Below are positions 9,416 to 18,356 of a stretch of 64,000 nucleotides of DNA, in pieces (the first letter of the stretch is position 1; each line of letters opens with the position of its first letter). The stretch covers positions 94,238 to 158,237 of the forward strand of contig JALHNM010000002.1 in assembly GCA_022843485.1 (NCBI GenBank), given 5' to 3'. The notes beneath the pieces are model-generated. The model was not told where the DNA came from, did no database searches, and was given only the letters and a program-made list of their open reading frames with translations. The stretch is from Fimbriimonadaceae bacterium (lineage in GTDB: Bacteria > Armatimonadota > Fimbriimonadia > Fimbriimonadales > Fimbriimonadaceae). The translations under genes and the position numbers were made by a program.

Positions 9416-10771
9416 TTAGGCGGAGAGGGTGGCGGCCTGGAGGGGCCGGGCCGGTTCGGCGTAGGTGGCCCGTGCCGGGACGCTGAGGGTCTCGCGCTCC
9501 GGCCAGCGCAGGGCTGTGAGCTTGCCTCCAAAGGCGCAGCCGGTGTCCACGCACAGTGTGTTGTTGAGCCACTGCGGTTCTAGGGTCGGGGTGTGCCCGT
9601 AGACCACGGCCGCCTTGCCTCTGTAGTCGAGCGCCCAGGGGTAGCGGACGGGCAGGCCGAATTCGTCGGACTCGCCGGTCGTTTCGCCGTAGAGGGCGAA
9701 GTCTCGGATCCGCCCCGAGGCCCGTCCTTGGTACCGCTCCTTCATTCCTGCATGCGCGACGACGAGTCTGCCCCCGTCGAAGACCAGGTGTGAGACTAAG
9801 CACCGGAGAAAGGTGCGTAGCCGGCCTTGTTCCTCCCCGGGGAGGGCTTCGACCTGGGCCACGGTCTCGGCCAGCCCGTGGTTGAGGCTGACTTTCTGGC
9901 GGTTCATGTGCTTGAGGAGCTTCTCCTCGTGGTTGCCGGGGACGCAGTAGCCCGCTCCCTGCGCCACGACGCTCATGACGAGGGTGAGGGCGCTGGCGGA
10001 GTGGGGCCCGCGGTCGACGAGGTCGCCGACGAACACGAGTTTGCGGCCTTCGGGGTGGCTCACTCGCCACGACCAGGCGAGTTCTTGCCATGGGCCGTCG
10101 TGCCGGCCGGGCGGCTCGCTGAGTGTGGTGGGTCGGGGCTCGTCGATCCGCTCGACCTCGTAGCCCAGGGCACCGAGGAGTTCGAGGAGCTCGACCAGAC
10201 ACCCGTGCACGTCGCCCACGATGTCGAATGGCCCCCGTTCATGGCTCTTGTCGTGCCAGCCCTTGTCGCGGACGATCTCGACCGAGTCGATTTCCTCGGG
10301 GGTCTTGAGGACTGTCACCGACCGGAACCCCTCTCGATTGAGGCCGCGCAGGCTTGCGCGGAGGTCGCGCGTGTGGTTGCGCACGACGTGCGGCCCGAAG
10401 TCGCGCCCGGGCCGGCCGACGTTGCGCTCTTGGCACACGGCCTCCGGGAGGGCGAAGACGATGGCGACGGCGGGGACGTCGTGCTCCTTGGCGTACTTCA
10501 GGAGCCCGGCCCGTGCGTGCGCTTGGACGTTGGTGGCGTCGACGACGGTCAGACGCCCGCGCCTGAGCCGGACGTCCAGCATCGTGTGGAGGAGTGCGAA
10601 GGCGTCGTTCGTGGCGTCCATCGAGGTTTCGTCGTCCGAGACCGCCGCTCGGCACCAGTCGGACGACAGCACCTCGGTCGGCAGGAAGTGGTGGGCGGCG
10701 AAGGTCGACTTACCGCTGCCGGAGGCGCCGATCAGTACCACGAGGCTCAGGTCGGGGACGTGGACGGTCAT
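9416..10771 (-). CDS. pnkp: Pnkp N-terminal polynucleotide 5'-kinase plus 2',3'-phosphatase (calcineurin-like) domains
   Basis: MTVHVPDLSLVVLIGASGSGKSTFAAHHF (P-loop kinase), then GDVHGC ... GDLVDRGP ... GNHE (metallophosphoesterase motifs). The ~300 codons upstream in the track ORF are an Arg/Pro-rich artefact. Confidence 0.85.
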   Translation of the reverse strand: MTVHVPDLSLVVLIGASGSGKSTFAAHHFLPTEVLSSDWCRAAVSDDETSMDATNDAFALLHTMLDVRLRRGRLTVVDATNVQAHARAGLLKYAKEHDVPAVAIVFALPEAVCQERNVGRPGRDFGPHVVRNHTRDLRASLRGLNREGFRSVTVLKTPEEIDSVEIVRDKGWHDKSHERGPFDIVGDVHGCLVELLELLGALGYEVERIDEPRPTTLSEPPGRHDGPWQELAWSWRVSHPEGRKLVFVGDLVDRGPHSASALTLVMSVVAQGAGYCVPGNHEEKLLKHMNRQKVSLNHGLAETVAQVEALPGEEQGRLRTFLRCLVSHLVFDGGRLVVAHAGMKERYQGRASGRIRDFALYGETTGESDEFGLPVRYPWALDYRGKAAVVYGHTPTLEPQWLNNTLCVDTGCAFGGKLTALRWPERETLSVPARATYAEPARPLQAATLSA

Positions 10772-12132
10772 CGCGTGAACACCGCCATCTGGCTCGGGGG
10801 GCCGTGCTCCTCGTGCTCGGGTCCCACGGGCCGGATTTCGAACGAGTAGCCGTGGGCACCCGCGACCCGGGCGCACCAGGCCTGGAACTCGGCCCGGTCC
10901 CACTCGAACCGGTGGTCGGAGTGTCGCACCGCCCCCGCCTCCATGCCGAAGACCGCGTTGTGCTCCCGGTTCGGCGTGGTGAGGACGACCGTCCGCGGGC
11001 GGGCCGACTCGAAGACGCACCGCTCGAAGGCGACGAGTCGCTCCGGGTCCAGGTGCTCGACGACCTCTACGATCGCCGCCGCGTCGAACCCTTCCAAGCG
11101 CCGGTCGCGATAGACGAGCGACCCATGGATGAGCCGGATCCGCTCGGCCTGGCTCGGTGGGAGCCGGTCGAGTTTGAGCCGCCGCTCGGCGCGGTCCAGC
11201 CAAGCCAGCGACACGTCCATCCCCACGATCTCCTTGAACTGCTTCTCGCGGAGGAGGAGCGTGAGGACTTTGCCCTCGCCGCAGCCAAGGTCGAGGACGC
11301 GGGAGGCTCCGCTGGCCACGAGCGCCTCGGCGGCGGCGGCTAGGCGTTGGTCGTGGAGCCGCTCCTTGGGCTCGGAGGCGGGTTCTTCCGGCTCGGCGTC
11401 GGGGTCTGGCTCGCCGTCCTGGGTGCTCAACCGGGTGAGGGCCTCTCGCGTGAGGTGGGCGGAACGCTCGAGGTAGCCCCGGACGATCGTCGTCTTCGCC
11501 GGGTGGTCGTTGAGCCACCCCTCGCCGGCGCGGAGGAGCTTCTCCACCTCGTTCCCGTCCAGCCAGTAGTGCTTGTCCCGGTCGAGCACGGGGATGAGGA
11601 CGTAGAGGTGGTTGAGCAAGGCCTGGAGCGTGACAGTCGCCCTTAGCCGGACGTCGTAGAGCGAGCTCTGGCCCCACTCCGGGAAGCGGTCGTCCAGGGG
11701 TAGATGCCGTGACTCAACCTCGTAGCCAAGGGGCTCGAAGAGCGAACGGAGCACGGCCTCGCCGCCGCGGCAGGGGACGCAGGGGAGCCCGGCCTCGAGC
11801 GGGATCGGTGTCTGCGCCAGCTCCGGCCGGTCCTTGCTGCGTCCGGCCATGGCGGTCGAGAAGAGGCCCTTGAGGGCGACGCAAAGGTAGGACGAGGCCA
11901 CGTAGGGCCGGTCGTTGACGTACTGGTCGAAGCGTCCTGGCCCTCGGACAAGCCCGACCGCGTCGACCTCGAGGATGAGCGCTGCCGTGCATCGCTCCTC
12001 GGTCCGCTCTGGGAAGACGACGGTCGCCCGGCCGAACGTGAGGTCGGCTTCGTGCGCGCGCCCCGGGTTCTTGTGGAGCAAGTAGCCGAGGTCGGTCGCG
12101 GGGCGATGGGTCGTCGTCAGAGTGAGCAGCAT
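10768..12132 (-). CDS. hen1: bacterial Hen1 RNA 3'-terminal 2'-O-methyltransferase
   Basis: MLLTLTTTHRPATDLGYLLHKNPGRAHEADLTFGRATVVFPE (bacterial Hen1 N-terminus); C-terminal SAM-MTase motif VLDLGCGEGKVLTLLL; stop overlaps the pnkp ATG (ATGA). Confidence 0.85.
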   Translation of the reverse strand: MLLTLTTTHRPATDLGYLLHKNPGRAHEADLTFGRATVVFPERTEERCTAALILEVDAVGLVRGPGRFDQYVNDRPYVASSYLCVALKGLFSTAMAGRSKDRPELAQTPIPLEAGLPCVPCRGGEAVLRSLFEPLGYEVESRHLPLDDRFPEWGQSSLYDVRLRATVTLQALLNHLYVLIPVLDRDKHYWLDGNEVEKLLRAGEGWLNDHPAKTTIVRGYLERSAHLTREALTRLSTQDGEPDPDAEPEEPASEPKERLHDQRLAAAAEALVASGASRVLDLGCGEGKVLTLLLREKQFKEIVGMDVSLAWLDRAERRLKLDRLPPSQAERIRLIHGSLVYRDRRLEGFDAAAIVEVVEHLDPERLVAFERCVFESARPRTVVLTTPNREHNAVFGMEAGAVRHSDHRFEWDRAEFQAWCARVAGAHGYSFEIRPVGPEHEEHGPPSQMAVFTR

Positions 12133-12194
12133 CCGGGAAAGGGCATTTTAGCCTTATAGAAACGTGTCGCCTGGGCTGGCTTAACCGCCACTCG
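12133..12194. promoter_or_regulatory. AT-rich divergent promoter region (hen1-pnkp leftward / hydrolase rightward)
   Basis: GGGCATTTTAGCCTTATAGAAACG is the only AT-rich stretch in this neighbourhood, with TATAGA / TAAAAT-like hexamers on either strand. Confidence 0.3.
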
Positions 12195-13127
12195 ATGGCC
12201 CTTAGCGACCTTCCAAGGGACCACCAGGAAACCCGGTGGATCGCGTGTGCACCGGATCGGCAGGAGGCGGCCTATACTGAGGGGGTGCGCCGTGCCCTCC
12301 TTGCCCTCGCCCTCGCTCCGTTGGCGGCCCTAGCCCAGTTCGCCGTGCAGGAGGTCCCGGACGTCGTCTACACCCAGGCGAGCGGGTTTCCGCAGGCTCT
12401 CGACCTTTATCTGCCCTTTCCGGTGACGAGCACCGCCCGCCCGGCCCTGGTGCTGGTCCATGGCGGCGGGTGGATGTTCGGCGACAAGAGCGATTTCGCC
12501 GACTGGGGCCGGTATTTCGCGGCCCGGGGGTACGTGTGCGCCTCGGTCGATTACCGGTTGACGCCGACCCACATCTGGCCGGCCCAGCTCGACGACGTGC
12601 AGGCCTCGGTGCGCTGGCTTCGCCGCCACGCCGTGGCCCTTTCGCTGTCGCCGGAGCGGATCGGGACGGTCGGGGGCTCGGCGGGCGGGCACCTGGCGCT
12701 GTTTCTGGGGGCTCGCGAGACGCTGAACGACTTCGACCCCGACCTGCGGGGGTATTCGTCGCGGGTCCGGGCGGTGGTCGATATCTATGGGCCGACGGAC
12801 ATCGGCGACCTGACGGAGTTCCGGCGCGACCTGTGGGTCCTGGTGTTCGCGCTGATGGGCCAGCCCTGGTCGCGGCAGTCGCTCGTGTACCGGGCCGCCT
12901 CGCCGATCACCTTCGTCACGCCCGACGACGCCGCGACGCTCGTGTTCCAGGGCGCGCTCGACGACGTCGTGCCGCCGTCCCAAAGCCGTCGGCTGGTCGA
13001 CCGGATGCGGGCCAGCGGTGTGCCGGTGGAGTACTTCGAGTTCGCGGACCAAGGCCACGGCTTCGACCCGCCGACGAACACGTTCGTGATCGAGACCGCG
13101 GCTCGGTTCCTCCAGGGCACGCTCTAG
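12195..13127 (+). CDS. alpha/beta hydrolase (esterase/lipase, BD-FAE / fold-3 family)
   Basis: LVLVHGGGWMFGDKSDF and nucleophile elbow GGSAGGHLALFLG. Confidence 0.8.
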   Translation: MALSDLPRDHQETRWIACAPDRQEAAYTEGVRRALLALALAPLAALAQFAVQEVPDVVYTQASGFPQALDLYLPFPVTSTARPALVLVHGGGWMFGDKSDFADWGRYFAARGYVCASVDYRLTPTHIWPAQLDDVQASVRWLRRHAVALSLSPERIGTVGGSAGGHLALFLGARETLNDFDPDLRGYSSRVRAVVDIYGPTDIGDLTEFRRDLWVLVFALMGQPWSRQSLVYRAASPITFVTPDDAATLVFQGALDDVVPPSQSRRLVDRMRASGVPVEYFEFADQGHGFDPPTNTFVIETAARFLQGTL

Positions 13128-13167
13128 GGGTTGCGGAGGGGCGCGACCCGGTTGGGGGCCTTAGGAG

Positions 13168-14556
13168 TTAGTTGGGTCGAGGGGCGGTTCGCCCGGTGGC
13201 GTCGGCCGTCTTCGGGAAGACGAACTCGAAGTTCCTTCTGTTCCACTCGGAGTCCTCGCCCCGGCCGTCCGCAGCGATCCCGTCTGGCTGACCATTGGAG
13301 ACTCTGACAATGTCCCCATCGACGCGGAGTTGGTACGGGCCGCCCGAGTAGGGGTCCGTAGCTTGGAACCCAGCCTCAGCCAAGGTCTTGGGAAACCGGC
13401 CCTTCGCGTGCTTGAACTCGACGGCCGCCATCAAGCCCCTGAACGAGCCGACCAGGGCCTGATGCCGGAGAAAGGCGTCTCCCATCTGGCCGAACACGGG
13501 CATCAAGAATCGGTTTATCTCGAGGGTGGGGTCTCCTTCCCGCGTGAACACGCCCACCACCCTCTTTAGGTGCGGCGCGAACAGTCGCGGATCTGAGACG
13601 GCTTCCCGATCGGAGAACACCTCGGACCACATCTGGAGGGATCGGGCTCGATACGCCTTTCGCGCCGTGTCTCGGCCGACGCCGAAGGGGAGCACCCGTC
13701 GGCGGTGGCCGGCGAGCTCGTCCGGTTCGGGCGGGTCCTGGTCGAAGGATAGCGAGCCATCCATGATCTCGTCGATCCCAGCCTCGATCACGGCGGTGGA
13801 GAACAGCGTTTCGCTCCGCAAGTACCATGCGAAGTCGAGCGGCGGGGTGGCTTGCTTCGCGGCCAGATCGGCGAGTGATCGGTGGAAGGCGGCGTCCTCC
13901 GGCCGGGTCGCGAGTGCCCACTCCATCTGGCGAAGTAGGGCCAGGTCGCAGACGACCCGAACGAACGCGCCTATGACTACAGGCTCCGATCCGACGAAGC
14001 GGCTCAGGGCCTGAGCGGTTCTGAAGTCTTCGATCGCGGCGGCAGTATCGCCCTCGAGGGCGCCCAACGTCGCCCGGAGCGAGAGTGCCCGAACTAGCTG
14101 CTTGAACGAGCTGAACTCGGGGAAGCGGATCGTCCAAGGCTTCGGGCTTTCCCAGTCTCTGCCGAAGTCGACCCTTGGCCGCTGGGTGGCGCGGGCGGCG
14201 TCCGCCATGGCCGGGGCCAGCTCGGCCAGGATCTCGCGGGCGGGCCCGACGGCGGCCCCGGTCGGGTCCTTGAGGGCCTTGTCGATCTCTTCGGCCCAGC
14301 CGCGCCGGCTCCTGCTCAAGGCCGTCAGCTTGCCGAAGGCCTCTCGAAGCGCCGGGGCGGCGTTCTCCTCCGGCGTCACGGGCGGGTTCGGCTTCAGCGC
14401 CGAGCCGTCGAGGACAAGCCCAAGGCGCTTGGCCTCCGCCTCTGCCGCCGGCAGCTCCCTCGCCGCTTGCTCGAACGAGCGGGCGGTCTCGCTCTGGCAC
14501 CCGACCAGCGCGAGCACCGCCACCCAAACCGCACACGTGACGTCGAACCGCCTCAT
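13168..14556 (-). CDS. hypothetical secreted protein / lipoprotein
   Basis: True start at MRRFDVTCAVWVAVLALVGCQSE (signal peptide with lipobox-like LVGC); the ~216 upstream track codons are artefact; no known domain. Confidence 0.55.
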   Translation of the reverse strand: MRRFDVTCAVWVAVLALVGCQSETARSFEQAARELPAAEAEAKRLGLVLDGSALKPNPPVTPEENAAPALREAFGKLTALSRSRRGWAEEIDKALKDPTGAAVGPAREILAELAPAMADAARATQRPRVDFGRDWESPKPWTIRFPEFSSFKQLVRALSLRATLGALEGDTAAAIEDFRTAQALSRFVGSEPVVIGAFVRVVCDLALLRQMEWALATRPEDAAFHRSLADLAAKQATPPLDFAWYLRSETLFSTAVIEAGIDEIMDGSLSFDQDPPEPDELAGHRRRVLPFGVGRDTARKAYRARSLQMWSEVFSDREAVSDPRLFAPHLKRVVGVFTREGDPTLEINRFLMPVFGQMGDAFLRHQALVGSFRGLMAAVEFKHAKGRFPKTLAEAGFQATDPYSGGPYQLRVDGDIVRVSNGQPDGIAADGRGEDSEWNRRNFEFVFPKTADATGRTAPRPN

Positions 14557-14663
14557 GACAACAGTATAGGCCGAAAAGTTACGCTTTGCAACACTCCTTC
14601 TTCGGCCGAGGCCCGCCAGCGCAGGGTCGCTTCCCGCCAGCCCGCGCCGACGGGGCCAGAGCC

Positions 14664-15752
14664 TCAGAGCGTGCCGCGGAGGGCTTGCTCGCGTTCGATC
14701 GACTCGAAGAGAGCCTTGAAGTTGCCCTTGCCGAAGCTCTTTGCGCCCTTGCGGTGGATGATCTCGTAGAACAGGGTCGGGCGGTCCGTGATCGGCTTGG
14801 TGAAGATCTGGAGGAGGTAGCCCTCGTCGTCCCGGTCGACCAGGATGCCGAGGTCGGCGAGGACGTCGATGTCCTCGTCGATCTTCCCGACCCGATCGGG
14901 GAGCATGTCGTAGTACGTCTTCGGCACGGAGAGGAAGTCCACCCCCCGAGCCCGCAGGCGCGAGACGGTGTAGACGATGTCGTCGGTGCGCATCGCGACG
15001 TGCTGGACGCCCGCGCCGCCGAAGAACTCTAGGTACTCGTCGATCTGCGACTTCTTCTTGCCCTCGGCGGGCTCGTTGATCGGGAACTTGACCCGCCCGT
15101 TGCCGCTCGCCATCACCTTGGACATGAGGGCGGTGTAGTCGGTCGAGATGTCCTTGTCGTCGAAGCTGATGAGGTTGGCGAAGCCGAGCACGTCCTCGTA
15201 CCACTTCACCCAGACGTTCATCTTGCCGAGCTCGACGTTGCCGACGCAGTGGTCGACCTCGATGATCCCGATCCCGTCGCCGGGCTGGTTCTCGGCGCGG
15301 AAGCCGGGGAGGAACGGGCCGTTGTAGGCGTCGCGGTTGAGGAGGGAGTGGACGACGTTGCCGTAGGTGCGGATGGCGGCGTGGCGGACCTTGCCGTGGT
15401 CGTCCTCGAGCGTGCGGGGCTCGACGGCGCCGATCGCGCCGCGGTCCGTCGCGGCCTTGTAGGCCCAGTCCACGTCGTCGACCTCGAAGGCGATGTCCTG
15501 GACGAAGTCGCCGTGCTCGGCGATCAGCGGGGCCATCGGGTGGCCGGGCCGGAGCGGGGCGGTGAAGCAGAGGGTGAGGTCGTTCTGCTTGAGGACGTAG
15601 CTCGCCTCGTCGCGGCTGCCGGTTTCGAGGCCCGAGTAGCCGGAGATCGAGAACCCGAACGTGTGCTGGTAGAAGAAGCTGGACTGCCGGGCGTTGTTGA
15701 CGTAGTGCCGGACGTGGTCGACCCGGCGGATCGGGAAGGTGTCGGTGCTCAT
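14664..15752 (-). CDS. hppD: 4-hydroxyphenylpyruvate dioxygenase
   Basis: Two VOC-fold modules, RRVDHVRHYVNN and HIAFEVDDVD-type motifs, length 362 aa typical of HppD. Confidence 0.8.
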   Translation of the reverse strand: MSTDTFPIRRVDHVRHYVNNARQSSFFYQHTFGFSISGYSGLETGSRDEASYVLKQNDLTLCFTAPLRPGHPMAPLIAEHGDFVQDIAFEVDDVDWAYKAATDRGAIGAVEPRTLEDDHGKVRHAAIRTYGNVVHSLLNRDAYNGPFLPGFRAENQPGDGIGIIEVDHCVGNVELGKMNVWVKWYEDVLGFANLISFDDKDISTDYTALMSKVMASGNGRVKFPINEPAEGKKKSQIDEYLEFFGGAGVQHVAMRTDDIVYTVSRLRARGVDFLSVPKTYYDMLPDRVGKIDEDIDVLADLGILVDRDDEGYLLQIFTKPITDRPTLFYEIIHRKGAKSFGKGNFKALFESIEREQALRGTL

Positions 15753-15986
15753 CGTTGGTTCCTACCTTGCCTTACGTCGCTCGCCCCAATTTCCGACTGA
15801 AACGGAATACGGTCGCTCGGGCAACGAAGAGCGTCCTTGCCATTATATCCCGGCTCGTGCTCCCCTAGGAGCGCGGGACCGGGGAGCGGGTCCACGGATC
15901 CGCGCTCCGGGCGTCTATGATAGGGAAGCCGTGGCCAGCCCTCGCCAACGCCCCACCCGGGGGTTCGTCTGAACGCCCATGCCTCG

Positions 15987-16406
15987 GTGCGCGTGCGCAC
16001 CGATCGCAAGGGCTCGGCCCGCGGCTACGCGGGCAAGGGGTCGTTGGAGTTGGGGACCCGCCTCAGCTTCAGCGAGGCCGACGACCGCTTCGACCCCCTC
16101 CGCGCCCTCCTCCTGAGCCTTTGCGCCGAGCTGGCTGGGCGCCTGACGGCCGAGATGGCCCGCGCCCGGGCCGTCCTCGACGACCTTGAGATGGTCGCCA
16201 GGCTCTGGCTGGACGACCCCATGGCCGCCATCGGCGTCGTCGGCGCCCCAGGGGACGGCCGGGTGCGGCGGATCGAAGTGTCCGCCTTCGCGTCGACCCC
16301 CGACGGCGACCCCGTCCTCCAAGCCGCCTGGCGCCGCGCGTGCCAGGGGTCCGTCCTCGCCCGCTCGCTCTCCGCCGAGCTCGACCTCCAGTGCAAGTCC
16401 GTTTAA
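15987..16406 (+). CDS. possible OsmC/Ohr-family protein
   Basis: DPLRALLLSLCAELAG resembles the OsmC P-x-ELLLAALAxC first-Cys motif; second Cys in RRACQGS; weak assignment. Confidence 0.35.
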   Translation: MRVRTDRKGSARGYAGKGSLELGTRLSFSEADDRFDPLRALLLSLCAELAGRLTAEMARARAVLDDLEMVARLWLDDPMAAIGVVGAPGDGRVRRIEVSAFASTPDGDPVLQAAWRRACQGSVLARSLSAELDLQCKSV

Positions 16407-16416
16407 CCCCACCGCC

Positions 16417-17559
16417 ATGTACCGATTGAACCCACAAGAGACGCTCGCAGTGACCCGCGCCGCCGAAGTTGCGGACCGAACCATCGCCCCCCTCGCCGCC
16501 CAGATCGACGAACAAGCCCGCTTCCCGAGCGAGTCCGTGAGCGCCCTCGCCGAGGCCGGGTTGTTCGGCCTCACCGTCCCAACCGAGTTCGGCGGACAAG
16601 GGGCGGGCCTGCGTGCCGCCGCCGCTGTGCTCGACACCGTCGCCCAGCGCTGCCCGTCGACCGCGATGGTCTATCTCATGCACCTCTGCGGTATTGCGTG
16701 CTACAAGGCGAACCCCCATGTCGCGTCCGAGGCGCTGCGGGCCGCCGCCCGGGGCGAGCACCTCTCCACCCTCGCCTGGAGCGAAATGGGCTCCCGCAGC
16801 CACTTCTGGGCCCCGGTCAGCAAGGCCGAGCCCCAGGGCGACGCTGTCCGGCTCCGGGCCGAGAAGTCCTGGGTGACCTCCGCCGGGCACGCCGACGGCT
16901 ATGTCGTCACGACCGGCACCGCCGAAGGCGGGATCGACCTCTATCTGCTCCAGAAGGACGACGCTGGCCTCGAGGTGGCGGGCCCCTGGAACGCCCTCGG
17001 GATGCGGGGCACTGCCTCCGCCCCGATGCGCCTCGCCGGGGTCGAGGCCGGTTCCGACCGCCGCCTCAGCGAGCCCGGCCAGGCGTTCGGCATGATGATG
17101 GGCCATGTACTGCCCCAGTTCCAGACCGGCAACGCCGCCGTCTCGATCGGTGCCGCCGAGTCCGCCGTCCGCGCCACCGCCGGGCACCTGACCGGGCAGG
17201 GGTTCGAGCACCTCGGCACCAAGCTCGCCGACCTCCCCAACCTGCGCCACCGCCTCGCCGCGATGCGTATCGAGACCGACAAGGCCCGCGCCCTGCTCGC
17301 CGCCACGTTCGACGCCCTCGAGTCGGAGGACCCTGGAGCCATGCTCCTCGTCCTCGAGTCCAAGGCGATGGCGGCCGACACCGCCCTCCTCGTCACCGAC
17401 CTCGCGATGAGGGCTTGCGGCGGGGCCGCCTTCAGCCGCCACCTAGGCGTCGAGCGCGTGTTCCGTGACGCCAGGGCCATGAGCGTCATGGCCCCGACTT
17501 CCGACGTGCTCCACGACTTCGTCGGCAAGGCGCTCTGCGGCATGGAGCTCTTCTCGTGA
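16417..17559 (+). CDS. acyl-CoA dehydrogenase family protein
   Basis: MYRLNPQETLAVTRAAEVADRTIAPLAAQIDEQARFPSESVSALAEAGLFGLTVPTEFGG (ACAD N-domain); C-terminal ACAD helical domain; the 77 upstream track codons are artefact. Confidence 0.8.
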   Translation: MYRLNPQETLAVTRAAEVADRTIAPLAAQIDEQARFPSESVSALAEAGLFGLTVPTEFGGQGAGLRAAAAVLDTVAQRCPSTAMVYLMHLCGIACYKANPHVASEALRAAARGEHLSTLAWSEMGSRSHFWAPVSKAEPQGDAVRLRAEKSWVTSAGHADGYVVTTGTAEGGIDLYLLQKDDAGLEVAGPWNALGMRGTASAPMRLAGVEAGSDRRLSEPGQAFGMMMGHVLPQFQTGNAAVSIGAAESAVRATAGHLTGQGFEHLGTKLADLPNLRHRLAAMRIETDKARALLAATFDALESEDPGAMLLVLESKAMAADTALLVTDLAMRACGGAAFSRHLGVERVFRDARAMSVMAPTSDVLHDFVGKALCGMELFS

Positions 17560-18356
17560 GGCCCGTCCTCGTCGGCGCCGTTGTCTACGACCCCAAGGTC
17601 GTCACGATCTGGGAGATCATCCGCCGCTACTTCGCCGAGCAGGGGGTGCCGATGGAGCCGGTCTTCTACGGCGACTACACCACCCAAGTCCAGGGCCTCC
17701 TCGACGGGCAGGTCGACGTCGCCTGGAACTCGCCGCTCGCCTGGGTGGACGCCCAACGGCGCAGCGGCGGCACCTGCCGGGCCATCGCCATGCGCGACAC
17801 CGACCGCGACCGCCAAACCCGCTTCGTCGTCCGCCGCGAGTCGGGCTATGGCTCGCTGGCCGACCTCGCCGGGCGCCCGGTCGGCTTCGGCGCCCAAGAC
17901 TCCCCCCAGGCCCACCTCATCCCGCTCCGGCGGCTGATGAGCGAGGGGATCGACGTCACCGTGCGCCGTTTCGACGTGAAAGTCGGCCTCCACGGCGACC
18001 ACGTGGGAGGCGAGCGCGACGCCTTCGACGCCCTCGCGGCCGGGGAGGTCGAGGCCGCCTGCGTGCTCGACCTCAACTGGGAGCTCTGGACCAGCGACGG
18101 CACCGCCGACCCCGCCCGCTTCGAGGCGCTCGACTCCACCGAGCCGTTCGACCACTGCGTCTTCACCGTCCGCGCCGACTTCGACCAGGAAACCGAGCGG
18201 CTTTGGCTGGCGGCCCTGCACTCGATGAGCTACGACAACCCCGAGCACCGCGAGATGATGGACATGGAGGGGCTGAAGGCGTGGCAGCCCGGACGCACGG
18301 ACGGCTTCGCCCAACTCGAGGACGCCGTCGCACGATTGGGGTACTTCCAGGCGTGA
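17556..18356 (+). CDS. PhnD/SsuA-like (phosphonate-type) substrate-binding domain protein, no signal peptide
   Basis: PVLVGAVVYDPKVVTIWEIIRRYFAEQGVPMEPVFYGDYTTQVQGLLDGQVDVAW; GTG start overlaps the ACAD stop (GTGA). Confidence 0.6.
   Translation: MRPVLVGAVVYDPKVVTIWEIIRRYFAEQGVPMEPVFYGDYTTQVQGLLDGQVDVAWNSPLAWVDAQRRSGGTCRAIAMRDTDRDRQTRFVVRRESGYGSLADLAGRPVGFGAQDSPQAHLIPLRRLMSEGIDVTVRRFDVKVGLHGDHVGGERDAFDALAAGEVEAACVLDLNWELWTSDGTADPARFEALDSTEPFDHCVFTVRADFDQETERLWLAALHSMSYDNPEHREMMDMEGLKAWQPGRTDGFAQLEDAVARLGYFQA

Noticed and set aside
9401-9418. Programmed readthrough or selenocysteine at the Pnkp interruption
   Set aside because: The stop is TAA, not TGA, and no SECIS-like hairpin was noticed downstream. 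A natural split, pseudogenisation or sequence error is more plausible, but readthrough cannot be fully excluded from sequence alone.
10772-11677. ~300-codon N-terminal extension of the Pnkp kinase-phosphatase track ORF
   Set aside because: The extension is low-complexity R/P/G-rich and overlaps hen1 in another frame. The conserved Pnkp N-terminus MTVHVPDLSLVVLIGASGSGKST begins at ~10771.
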